In this document: in pieces, positions 56,697-64,000 of the stretch
Position numbering within the stretch: position 1 is the stretch's first letter
Layout of the letters: each line of letters begins with the position of its first letter
Assembly: GCA_963737265.1 (NCBI GenBank)
Contig: CAVTRY010000016.1
Span: 352,001-416,000, forward strand
Source: an uncultured delta proteobacterium
Lineage (GTDB): Bacteria; Myxococcota_A; Polyangia; Fen-1088
Length of the DNA: 64,000 nt
Direction: 5' to 3'
Translations under genes and position numbers: made by a program
Notes under the pieces: generated by a model
Databases searched by the model: none
What the model was told of the DNA's origin: nothing
The model's input: the letters and a program-made list of their open reading frames with translations, nothing else

Positions 56697-56813
56697 CCAG
56701 GCGCCCGCGATTCAGTAGGATCGAGGGGAACCAGACGAGGGGAACCAGTCAGGTGCTGGCCGATCGACGGCCCAGACGGTCGCCAGCTTCCTGACCAAGC
56801 CGGAGAGGATATT

Positions 56814-57281
56814 TCAGGTGGCATTTTGAGCGATGAGGCGGTGGCCGAGCGCGGTCAGCTCGGCCAAGTCGAATGGCTTGTCCAACACGGCCGCAGCGCC
56901 CGCTTGCTCGGCCCGCTGGTGAAGCTCGTGGCTGCCGAAAGCCGTAATGACCACAACCGGCGGCACGAGCGGGCTTCGGCACAGCTCCTCCAGTGCCAGA
57001 AGTCCGCTCCACCCCGGCATCCTGACGTCGGAGACCAACAGGTCGAATGGTTCGACGCCCGAGTTGTGCAGCATCGAGGTGGCCAAGACATCGAGGAGCT
57101 TGGGCCCGTTGCCGACGGTCACGACCTCGTAGCCCTCGTCCTCGAATGCCAAGAGCAACAAGACCCGGAAAGCCCACTCATCCTCGGCGATAAGAATGCG
57201 CGGGCGGCTTCGTATGGTTGCCTCTGCGTTGGCGTGAACCTGCCTGTCCGGTGACATATTCGAATCCACCTTCCCGTGCAT
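56814..57281 (-). CDS. Single-domain response regulator
   Basis: ILIAEDE, SDVRMPGWSG, ITAFG, LDKPF; RBS GGAGG. Confidence 0.9.
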   Translation of the reverse strand: MHGKVDSNMSPDRQVHANAEATIRSRPRILIAEDEWAFRVLLLLAFEDEGYEVVTVGNGPKLLDVLATSMLHNSGVEPFDLLVSDVRMPGWSGLLALEELCRSPLVPPVVVITAFGSHELHQRAEQAGAAAVLDKPFDLAELTALGHRLIAQNAT

Positions 57282-57308
57282 GGCTAACTGTCCTCCACCC
57301 TTGATACT

Positions 57309-57324
57309 TGCATCGGTGGTGCCA
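57309..57324 (-). promoter_or_regulatory. Sigma54 promoter
   Basis: TGGCACCACCGATGCA (GG-N10-GC) just upstream of the RBS of the 57281 gene. Confidence 0.6.
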
Positions 57325-57875
57325 GGCACGGAATTGGGCGACATCGAAATGACCTGACCCCATTCCTAGCACCGCCGATGCACAGCTATGTATCAACGAC
57401 GCAAGCGGCCCCAAGTGGAGGGCGACCTGCAACGCCCGGACGGAGAGGCTGGTGACGTCGATCCCAAAGGTGACTCAACCGAGGCTCATCGAGCTCCGGT
57501 GGAGCTTCCTGCCAGAGATTGTCAAGGACTTCGAGAATCTGTAAGAGCTTCGCGACCTCCCATCCGGCCGTCACGTTGGGCGTGGCAACCCGCCACGCGA
57601 GGCGGATTGCCACGACGAAATCCAACGAATCGGCACGATTGGAGCCGAGAATTGACCATTTCTTGTATTCCCTGTCGGGAAAGACAAGTCGACCACTCCA
57701 CCTCAATTTCCTGTGGCAGCTTCATCGTGGAAAGGAGACCGACACAGTCAGCACCCCAGTTCGAGGCCCCGAGCCCGCAATCATAGAGAGGACCAAGGTG
57801 CCGTCTCTGCCTGTGGCGGTTTGTCGCGCGAGGCAGAGCGCCTCGCCGCAGACCGCATCCCAACACAAGCCCAAC

Positions 57876-58883
57876 CTATTTGACTTGCTGAAAGAACCTT
57901 CCCCAACGAATCGACGAAAACCAGTCGACGATGCCCGAGGGGCTCAGCCCACCGTGCGCCGGATCGCGCGACCACCACACGACAAGGGCGCGCCCCTTGA
58001 TGAGCTCGAACGGCACGAAGCCCCACACGCGAGAGTCCTTCGAGTTGTCGCGATTGTCGCCCATGACGAAGTAGTGGCCCGGCGGAATTGTCACCGGACC
58101 GAAATTGGACGAGGTCCAGCGAAGCGGCATCTGATGGGTCTCGTGCGACTTGCTGTCCAGGTGCTCCAGCCAAACCTCGCAGGGTTGGCGTTCAACATCG
58201 TCCTTGAAACCACCATCGTCGTTTGGCCCGCAGGACTGGCGCAGCTCTTCGCGTGGCATGGGTCGGCCGTCGACGAAGACCTGGCTGTGACGAAGCTCCA
58301 AGGTTTCCCCGGGCAATCCCACTACGCGTTTGACGTAGTCGACAGTCTGATCTGGTGGATATTTGAACACGATGACATCACCCCGTTTCGGCTTGCCCAG
58401 CGTGGCGATCACGGCATTGCTGAAGGGAAGGCTGATGGCATAGGCGAACTTGGATACGAAAATGTGATCGCCGATGGCCAGGGTGGGAATCATCGAGCCC
58501 GAGGGAATCTGGAATGCCTCGACCACGAAAGCGCGCAGGAATAGCGCCACCCCGAGCGCCAGGCCGATGGACTCAGCGTATTGGCGAGTCGCCGACTTGC
58601 GAGCGAACGCCAGGTACTCATCCATCTTGTCGTCAATGTCGGCGATTGCTTTGCGAAGCCGTTCCAGGTTCCTGCCCTTGCGGGCCGCATCGACCTCGAC
58701 CACGGCGGCCGTCATGAGGCTGACGACCGGTTCTGGAATGCGGTAGCGCTTCTTTCGGAGAATGCGCTTCGCATCGCCCACAAGCCGCTTGGCTTCGGCT
58801 TTCGCGCGGCTCCACTGCCGGTGCGCGCGCCAGGAGCCGAGAATGCTGATCAATACGTTCGCTCGACGTTCGACATCCATCAA
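57876..58883 (-). CDS. lepB: Signal peptidase I with N-terminal extension
   Basis: FQIPSGSMIPTL (Ser), RGDVIVF, YVKRVVGLPG (Lys), MGDNRDNSKDSR. Confidence 0.93.
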   Translation of the reverse strand: MMDVERRANVLISILGSWRAHRQWSRAKAEAKRLVGDAKRILRKKRYRIPEPVVSLMTAAVVEVDAARKGRNLERLRKAIADIDDKMDEYLAFARKSATRQYAESIGLALGVALFLRAFVVEAFQIPSGSMIPTLAIGDHIFVSKFAYAISLPFSNAVIATLGKPKRGDVIVFKYPPDQTVDYVKRVVGLPGETLELRHSQVFVDGRPMPREELRQSCGPNDDGGFKDDVERQPCEVWLEHLDSKSHETHQMPLRWTSSNFGPVTIPPGHYFVMGDNRDNSKDSRVWGFVPFELIKGRALVVWWSRDPAHGGLSPSGIVDWFSSIRWGRFFQQVK

Positions 58884-59332
58884 GGCTCCATCAGTCGGTT
58901 GACGAGGGTACAGAGATCGTCGAGCTCGAACGGTTTGTCCAACACCGCGATGGCCCCTGCCCTCATCGCTTGTTCGTGAAGCCGCTCATCGCCAAAGGCG
59001 GTGATAAGCACGATGGGAGGTGGGTTCGCCTGGTGGCTCATGGTGATGAGGACGTTCAGGCCGGTCCACCCGGGCATGCGGACGTCGGACACCACGACAT
59101 CGAATCTCTCTTTGTCCAAGCCCGCGGCCAGCGAGCCGCTCAGCCGTTCGAGCAGCTCTGCACCATCCTTGACTGCCACCACGTCGTAGCCTTCGTGTGC
59201 GAGCGCCTGCTGCAGCAAGGTTCGAAAAGCCTCGTCGTCCTCGGCAAGCAGAAGTCGCCCGCCGCGCGTGCGAGGTTCTTGTGGCGAACCGAGGCCGCGC
59301 GCACCAGCCTTCCGATCTGTGGTGTCGGGCAT
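58880..59332 (-). CDS. Single-domain response regulator
   Basis: LLLAEDD, SDVRMPGWTG, ITAFG, LDKPF. Confidence 0.9.
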   Translation of the reverse strand: MPDTTDRKAGARGLGSPQEPRTRGGRLLLAEDDEAFRTLLQQALAHEGYDVVAVKDGAELLERLSGSLAAGLDKERFDVVVSDVRMPGWTGLNVLITMSHQANPPPIVLITAFGDERLHEQAMRAGAIAVLDKPFELDDLCTLVNRLMEP

Positions 59333-59349
59333 GGTCGATTTCACGGTTC

Positions 59350-60147
59350 TTAAGACCCCTTGGCGTCCGTGCGGGGGCGTTTCTTGCGTTTGGCAGCCAC
59401 GGCGATGCCGAAGCCAGCGGCGAGCACGAGGGTGAAGGCCGCTGCGATGCGCGTGGCATTGAGGGAATACTTGTGTCCGGAGGGGTCGTAGCTGTAGCAA
59501 AACCTGAGCAGGCGGGCGATGGTGGGTCCGGTACGGCCTAGCGCTGCTTCGCTGAAGGCCATCTTGACGTCGAAGGGCAGGAAGGTGACTCCATACAGGT
59601 AACGCGTCACCATGCCGGTGGGGGAAAGCACCATGATGGCGGCCGCATGGATGTAGTCCTCACCGTGCTTGGCGAATTTGAAACCGACCGCGTCCGCGAG
59701 GCGCTTCGTCGAATCCGGGCTGCCGGTCAGAAATCGCCATGCGTTTGGCGGAAAATTGGGGCCAAGCTGCTTGATGTAATTCTGCTTCTTTTCCCCGGCC
59801 AGCTCTGCATCGTCGCGCGGGTCGAAGCTCACCGTGATGATCTGGAAATCCTTGCCAGGCACTTGGTCGATCTTCCGCAACATATCGGCCACGCCATTGA
59901 GAAGAGGCGTGCATAGCCCCACGCAACGGAAGTAATTCAGCGTGAGCAGAGTCGGTTTGTCGATGAGGTCGCGCAACGAAACCCGATCGCCTTGCTCGTC
60001 GATCAATTGGATGTCGAGGGGAACGGACTGTCCCAGTTTCTCGTCGATGCCCACGTCCAGCTTTGGCTCGGCCGTGGCATCGGCACGCGCCGGACGCAAG
60101 GCCATCGCGGTGAAAAGGCAGGCCACAATTGTGGTTGGAGTCTTCAT
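59350..60147 (-). CDS. SCO1/SenC-family copper chaperone
   Basis: Signal peptide, CVGLC (CxxxC), VSFDP, WRFLTG, YIHAA, C-terminal TM. Confidence 0.9.
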   Translation of the reverse strand: MKTPTTIVACLFTAMALRPARADATAEPKLDVGIDEKLGQSVPLDIQLIDEQGDRVSLRDLIDKPTLLTLNYFRCVGLCTPLLNGVADMLRKIDQVPGKDFQIITVSFDPRDDAELAGEKKQNYIKQLGPNFPPNAWRFLTGSPDSTKRLADAVGFKFAKHGEDYIHAAAIMVLSPTGMVTRYLYGVTFLPFDVKMAFSEAALGRTGPTIARLLRFCYSYDPSGHKYSLNATRIAAAFTLVLAAGFGIAVAAKRKKRPRTDAKGS

Positions 60148-60391
60148 AACATCTTGACAGTCTTGTCCATGGACCGCTTGCATACTCTGCAAGCGCGGGG
60201 CCTGCGCAAGCGGCGCCCGAAATTCGCTGCGGGCATGGCGGGGACACCGGCTGGGACGCCATCAACCTCGTGGCAATACGTCTCGCGTGGCAGAATGTCA
60301 CGCTTGTCTGCTCCGTAACCTGGCGGATTGTTGGCGGCGGAGCGGGTCTACGTCCTGGCACTCCTCGTGCAGAGCGCCACGCCGGACGATC

Positions 60392-61909
60392 ATGCTCGTG
60401 CTCAAGAAGAGAACAGCGGTGGGCTCGCGTCATGGGGCGATCCCTATCAGACTGCTACCAGAACCAAGCATCCAGGACTCGCCAAGAACCCTCCTCCAGA
60501 GATTCTGGGATGCCTCGCGCACGAACCGGTTTTCCTTGGCCCTAGCCCTCCTCCTGTTGCCATTTGGAATCTATAAGCTGCGCGATCTTCCGCTCCCCTT
60601 TTTCTGGGACGAGCTGGGCGTCTACGGCCGAGCCGCGGTCTACATGCACGACCACGCCCTCGGCCTCTTGCCTTCGTATCTGCCGCCCGAGCTCTCACGG
60701 GGCCACCCTCTTCTATTGCCGTTCGTCTTCGGCTCGTTCTTTCGCCTCTTTGGGGCCACGCCGCTGGTGGCCCATGTTTGCATGCTCTTGGTCTCAGCCA
60801 GCTTGGTCGTATCCGTGTTCTGGATTGCGCGCATGCACTGGAACGCGGTGGTCGGACTAGGCGCCGCCGGGTTGCTCTTGGCTCAGCCGCTCTTTCTCGC
60901 TCAGAGCACCCTGCTCCTACCTGAAATTCCCTTGGCGTTGGCCTGCCTCTGGGCCATGCACGCCTTCTTCCGTGAGAAATTCCTGCAAGCAGGGCTCTTC
61001 ATTGGCATGGCGATCTTCTTGAAAGAGACGGCCGTCGTGCTGGCCGCTGCCTTGGCTGTCATCCTCATCGTACAGTGGATGAGGGCTCGTCCCAGCCTGA
61101 AATCTGCAGTCGGCGGCATCCTGGCCCTCGCCATCCCAGGCTTGCTCTACGGAATCTTCCTTCTGATTCAGAAACACCAAAACGGCTGGTACCTCTACCC
61201 CTTCCACGAAAACCAAGTGAACTTCCACTGGTCCGCCATGAAGGGCACTTTGGTAGACTGCATCTCTTCCGTGTTCGTAGAACAAGGCCGCCTTGCCCTA
61301 TCCGTGATCCTCGCGTTGTGGATCTTCTTCAGGCTGCTCGGGCGGCGCGAGGGCGAGAGGCGCTTCGTGCCCAGTCTGGCTTGGTCCTTCGCCGTGTTCG
61401 GCATCGGTGTCCTGGTGTTTTCGGCCGGCAACGTCTTCATGAAGCGCTACCTGCTGTGCCTGCTTCCTCCTCTGACCATTTTGAGCAGCCGCGCTCTTTT
61501 CGAATTGGTGCGCGACCAGACCAAGGTGCTGGTCCCCGCGACCATGGGTCTTGGCCTACTATGCCTGGGCGACCTAACCTCTCCCAGATTCAACTGCGCC
61601 TACGATATGAGCTTCCGCGAATCGGTCCTCCTTCAACAAGAGGCCACCCAGTATCTCGAAAAAACCGTGGGCCCGGACAGGGCCATCCTCGCCAATTTTC
61701 CCACCGTCTTCGGCTTGGAGGATCCGCGCTACGGCTACACGCCACAAAAATTCAAACGCTCGTCCTATCGCTACTCTCCCGAGGCCGACTACATCTTCAC
61801 CAGCGAAATCTACGACCACTTCACGCCGCCGGCCGGAGTTCGAACGGAGCTCATGAAGCGATTCTCCTCCCCCTACATGAACATCGCTCTGTACCGAATC
61901 CTGCGCTAG
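60392..61909 (+). CDS. GT-C (ArnT/GT39-like) membrane glycosyltransferase
   Basis: FFWDELGVY, GHPLL, LKET, RYLL, many TMs. Start uncertain. Confidence 0.8.
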   Translation: MLVLKKRTAVGSRHGAIPIRLLPEPSIQDSPRTLLQRFWDASRTNRFSLALALLLLPFGIYKLRDLPLPFFWDELGVYGRAAVYMHDHALGLLPSYLPPELSRGHPLLLPFVFGSFFRLFGATPLVAHVCMLLVSASLVVSVFWIARMHWNAVVGLGAAGLLLAQPLFLAQSTLLLPEIPLALACLWAMHAFFREKFLQAGLFIGMAIFLKETAVVLAAALAVILIVQWMRARPSLKSAVGGILALAIPGLLYGIFLLIQKHQNGWYLYPFHENQVNFHWSAMKGTLVDCISSVFVEQGRLALSVILALWIFFRLLGRREGERRFVPSLAWSFAVFGIGVLVFSAGNVFMKRYLLCLLPPLTILSSRALFELVRDQTKVLVPATMGLGLLCLGDLTSPRFNCAYDMSFRESVLLQQEATQYLEKTVGPDRAILANFPTVFGLEDPRYGYTPQKFKRSSYRYSPEADYIFTSEIYDHFTPPAGVRTELMKRFSSPYMNIALYRILR

Positions 61910-62956
61910 TTACAAATCCAGGCTGAGCGTGAACTGGTTCGCGTCGTCCGTCATGTATCGATTCAGATATGGGGAGTACGTCCGCACTCGAATCTCCTTA
62001 CGCCTGTAGTCGAATTCGAAAAGCCGAAGATAGCCACTTCCGCCTGCATAGTCAGCCGTGCCTTGATAGAGCCACTGGTAGTCCGACAGCACTTGGTGAA
62101 CAAGCGAGCCATCCGGCCGAAAGGTGCTCAGCCGCGCGACCCCATTGTCATGACCGCATAGCACCAAGCGGACGTTGCGATTGGGTACGATGAGCTTCCG
62201 CCAGATCTGCTCGCCGTCGTTGATGCCTTCACTGCGGGTGTACCCGAAAGCCTCCGGGGCGAAACGCTGGCCGATTGGCTGGGGGTCGGCGAGCCCAGGT
62301 TCCACCATTCCATAGCGGCTACCATCCTCGTACAGAAACGCATGGGTCACGATGATCGCCGGCAGCGTTGGATAGGTCTTCAGAATGCTGTCGGCCCAGG
62401 CAATAGTCGTATCGCGCGGTCCGAATTCGAGGCCGAGGATCAGCCATTGCCGTGGTCCAACATCGACCAAGGCGTAGTTGTTCTCGATCTTCTCTTCGGC
62501 CATCGTCCCAGCGATCCACGGCATAGTCGACGGTGCGAAGAAGTCATCGATCATTCCCACCCGATTGGCGTCGGTGTCGTGGTTGCCGGGGACAAGCACG
62601 TAGGGCACCCGGCCGTCCAAGATCCGCAGGGCCGAGGCGGCGGTCTGCCACTGGGATTTGTCGCCTGCACTATCAACAATGTCGCCGAGATGGAGCGCCA
62701 CCGCGATATTGCGATGAGCCTTCTGCTCGACGATCCAGCGCGTCTGGTCCGCGAGGATCTCCGGGAAAGAAGAAGCGTAGTACTGGGTGTCGGGCAGCAC
62801 GACAACCGTGGGTAGGGCTGCCCGGACAGATCTCGCCTCAGCCCCACTTGCTGTGTGCCAGGCGTGGCGTCGGGCGCCTGCGCCGCTTCCCACTACGAGG
62901 AGCGTGAGCGATCCCAGTAGCAGAGAAACGGTATGTCTCAGAGATGCCCTAACCAT
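61910..62956 (-). CDS. Secreted calcineurin-like metallophosphoesterase
   Basis: DTQ, HLGDIVD, GNHD, VTH, CGH motifs; N-terminal signal-like segment. Confidence 0.88.
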   Translation of the reverse strand: MVRASLRHTVSLLLGSLTLLVVGSGAGARRHAWHTASGAEARSVRAALPTVVVLPDTQYYASSFPEILADQTRWIVEQKAHRNIAVALHLGDIVDSAGDKSQWQTAASALRILDGRVPYVLVPGNHDTDANRVGMIDDFFAPSTMPWIAGTMAEEKIENNYALVDVGPRQWLILGLEFGPRDTTIAWADSILKTYPTLPAIIVTHAFLYEDGSRYGMVEPGLADPQPIGQRFAPEAFGYTRSEGINDGEQIWRKLIVPNRNVRLVLCGHDNGVARLSTFRPDGSLVHQVLSDYQWLYQGTADYAGGSGYLRLFEFDYRRKEIRVRTYSPYLNRYMTDDANQFTLSLDL

Positions 62957-62995
62957 CGTCGGCGGTACTTCCTTACCGAATTTCATTCTGTCGGA

Positions 62996-63328
62996 CTACG
63001 TCCTGTTGGAATCGGCGGTTTGTTTGGCAACTCCGGTTTGCCTTCGGGCCGCCTTTCCAACCCCATCCCTTTCGACCTTGCTGGCTCTCCTGGCATATCT
63101 GTTTCCGGCCGTCTCGGTCGGCCACTGCACCTTGGCCTGCAATCGACCAAGAGCCATCTTCAGATCGTCGGTGCTCGCCGACTGTGTCTGCGGTGCTTTG
63201 GTTTCGTTGTCGAAATCGGCACGGCAAATCTTCATTGCTTCATCACACCCCTCGTGCTTGCATGCGGAACTCGCGAGCACGAGGGCTCCAGCAAATGCCC
63301 AGGCGAGCGCTATTCGCATCCGGCTCAT
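62996..63328 (-). CDS. Small putative lipoprotein
   Basis: MRIALAWAFAGALVLASSAC signal/lipobox; sigma54 motif upstream. Confidence 0.45.
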   Translation of the reverse strand: MSRMRIALAWAFAGALVLASSACKHEGCDEAMKICRADFDNETKAPQTQSASTDDLKMALGRLQAKVQWPTETAGNRYARRASKVERDGVGKAARRQTGVAKQTADSNRT

Positions 63329-63341
63329 ACTCATGACTCGA

Positions 63342-63357
63342 AGCAAGCGGCATGCCA
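63342..63357 (-). promoter_or_regulatory. Sigma54 promoter
   Basis: TGGCATGCCGCTTGCT, near-consensus -24/-12. Confidence 0.6.
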
Positions 63358-63569
63358 CGGACGTCCCTGTGCAGTCATGCGGTGCTTGCACCGCTCGCAA
63401 CCGAGGCAATCCGTCACGTGTGACATCTTGTCACGCGACACACAAAGCGAGCAATTCGCAGCGGTGCCAGGCGCATACGCCGCAACCTAAGCCGACTCCG
63501 ACTGGCCCCAGGAATGCATCGCGCCTCATTTGTATCCTTGGTCGCTTGGTACAGAGGAGGGAGAGCCCC

Positions 63570-63704
63570 ATGAACAGCAGGCGCCTAGGCAAGAAGCGCA
63601 ACGTGCTGGCTCTCTGCTTGGATGCCCTCAAGACCCTGAAGCTAGCCATCCTCGAAGAGCCGATCGCCGGTGTGAGCTACGGCCGACCGCCTCGGACTCG
63701 GTAG
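63570..63704 (+). CDS. Possible 44-aa small protein
   Basis: GAGGAGG upstream of the ATG; MNSRRLGKKRNVLALCLDALKTLKLAILEEP... Confidence 0.3.
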   Translation: MNSRRLGKKRNVLALCLDALKTLKLAILEEPIAGVSYGRPPRTR

Positions 63705-63929
63705 ATTGCGCGCGGATCGTAAAACATGTTGAGCCGGTTTGGGCGCACCCGGTGCGATTTGTCTCGCGTGGCGAATTGCCATATCCACCCTTATGCACTT
63801 GTGCGGAATTCAGCGCATCTTCGGCCATTTCGTTGGCGCCGCATATGCAGGTACCTATTTCAGGCCTTGCCATCTCGGCCGAGCTCAAGGAGGTGCCCGG
63901 CGCTCGGCAAGGAAAGGAAGGAAAGAACC

Positions 63930-64000
63930 ATGAGTACCGACAACGTTCAGGCAGCCAAGACAGCGAGCAGAAGATCCACAATTATCGGCGTCACCACCCT
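63930..64000 (+). CDS. Start of a gene running off the right edge
   Basis: Purine-rich RBS (AAGGAAGG), then ATG; MSTDNVQAAKTASRR... open to the end. Confidence 0.45.
   Translation, partial: MSTDNVQAAKTASRRSTIIGVTT

Overview
High-GC bacterial chromosome segment; gene content suggests Myxococcota or a related deltaproteobacterial lineage (inference). From left to right: (1) a GT-C-type membrane glycosylation operon, then ilvE divergent from a MocR regulator. (2) A ~14.5 kb divergently split hybrid NRPS/PKS-aminotransferase cluster with a GT2 gene: A(Thr)-PCP-KS-AT on the + strand; ACP-AmT, C-A(Gly-like)-PCP and betaHD-C*-vestigial A-PCP-TE(Cys) on the - strand. (3) A scar zone with a MenA1/MenT1-like toxin-antitoxin pair and an O-methyltransferase pseudogene. 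(4) More glycosylation genes, lon and a ferritin-like gene. (5) A TCA supercluster (rrf2-gltA-sucCD, korDA-B-C plus GNAT, sdhCAB) preceded by a Rex-like box. (6) A CheR/CheB-less chemosensory operon, a Suv3-like helicase and ilvC. (7) A CRISPR-like repeat-spacer-repeat, tRNA-Ala(GGC) with an integrase remnant, and accessory genes. gltA and ilvC each carry a +1 frameshift, probably sequencing errors. The best candidates for something new are the split assembly line with charge-complementary paired helices and a degenerate terminal module, and the orphan mini-array next to the tRNA. All calls come from reading motifs; no database searches were run.
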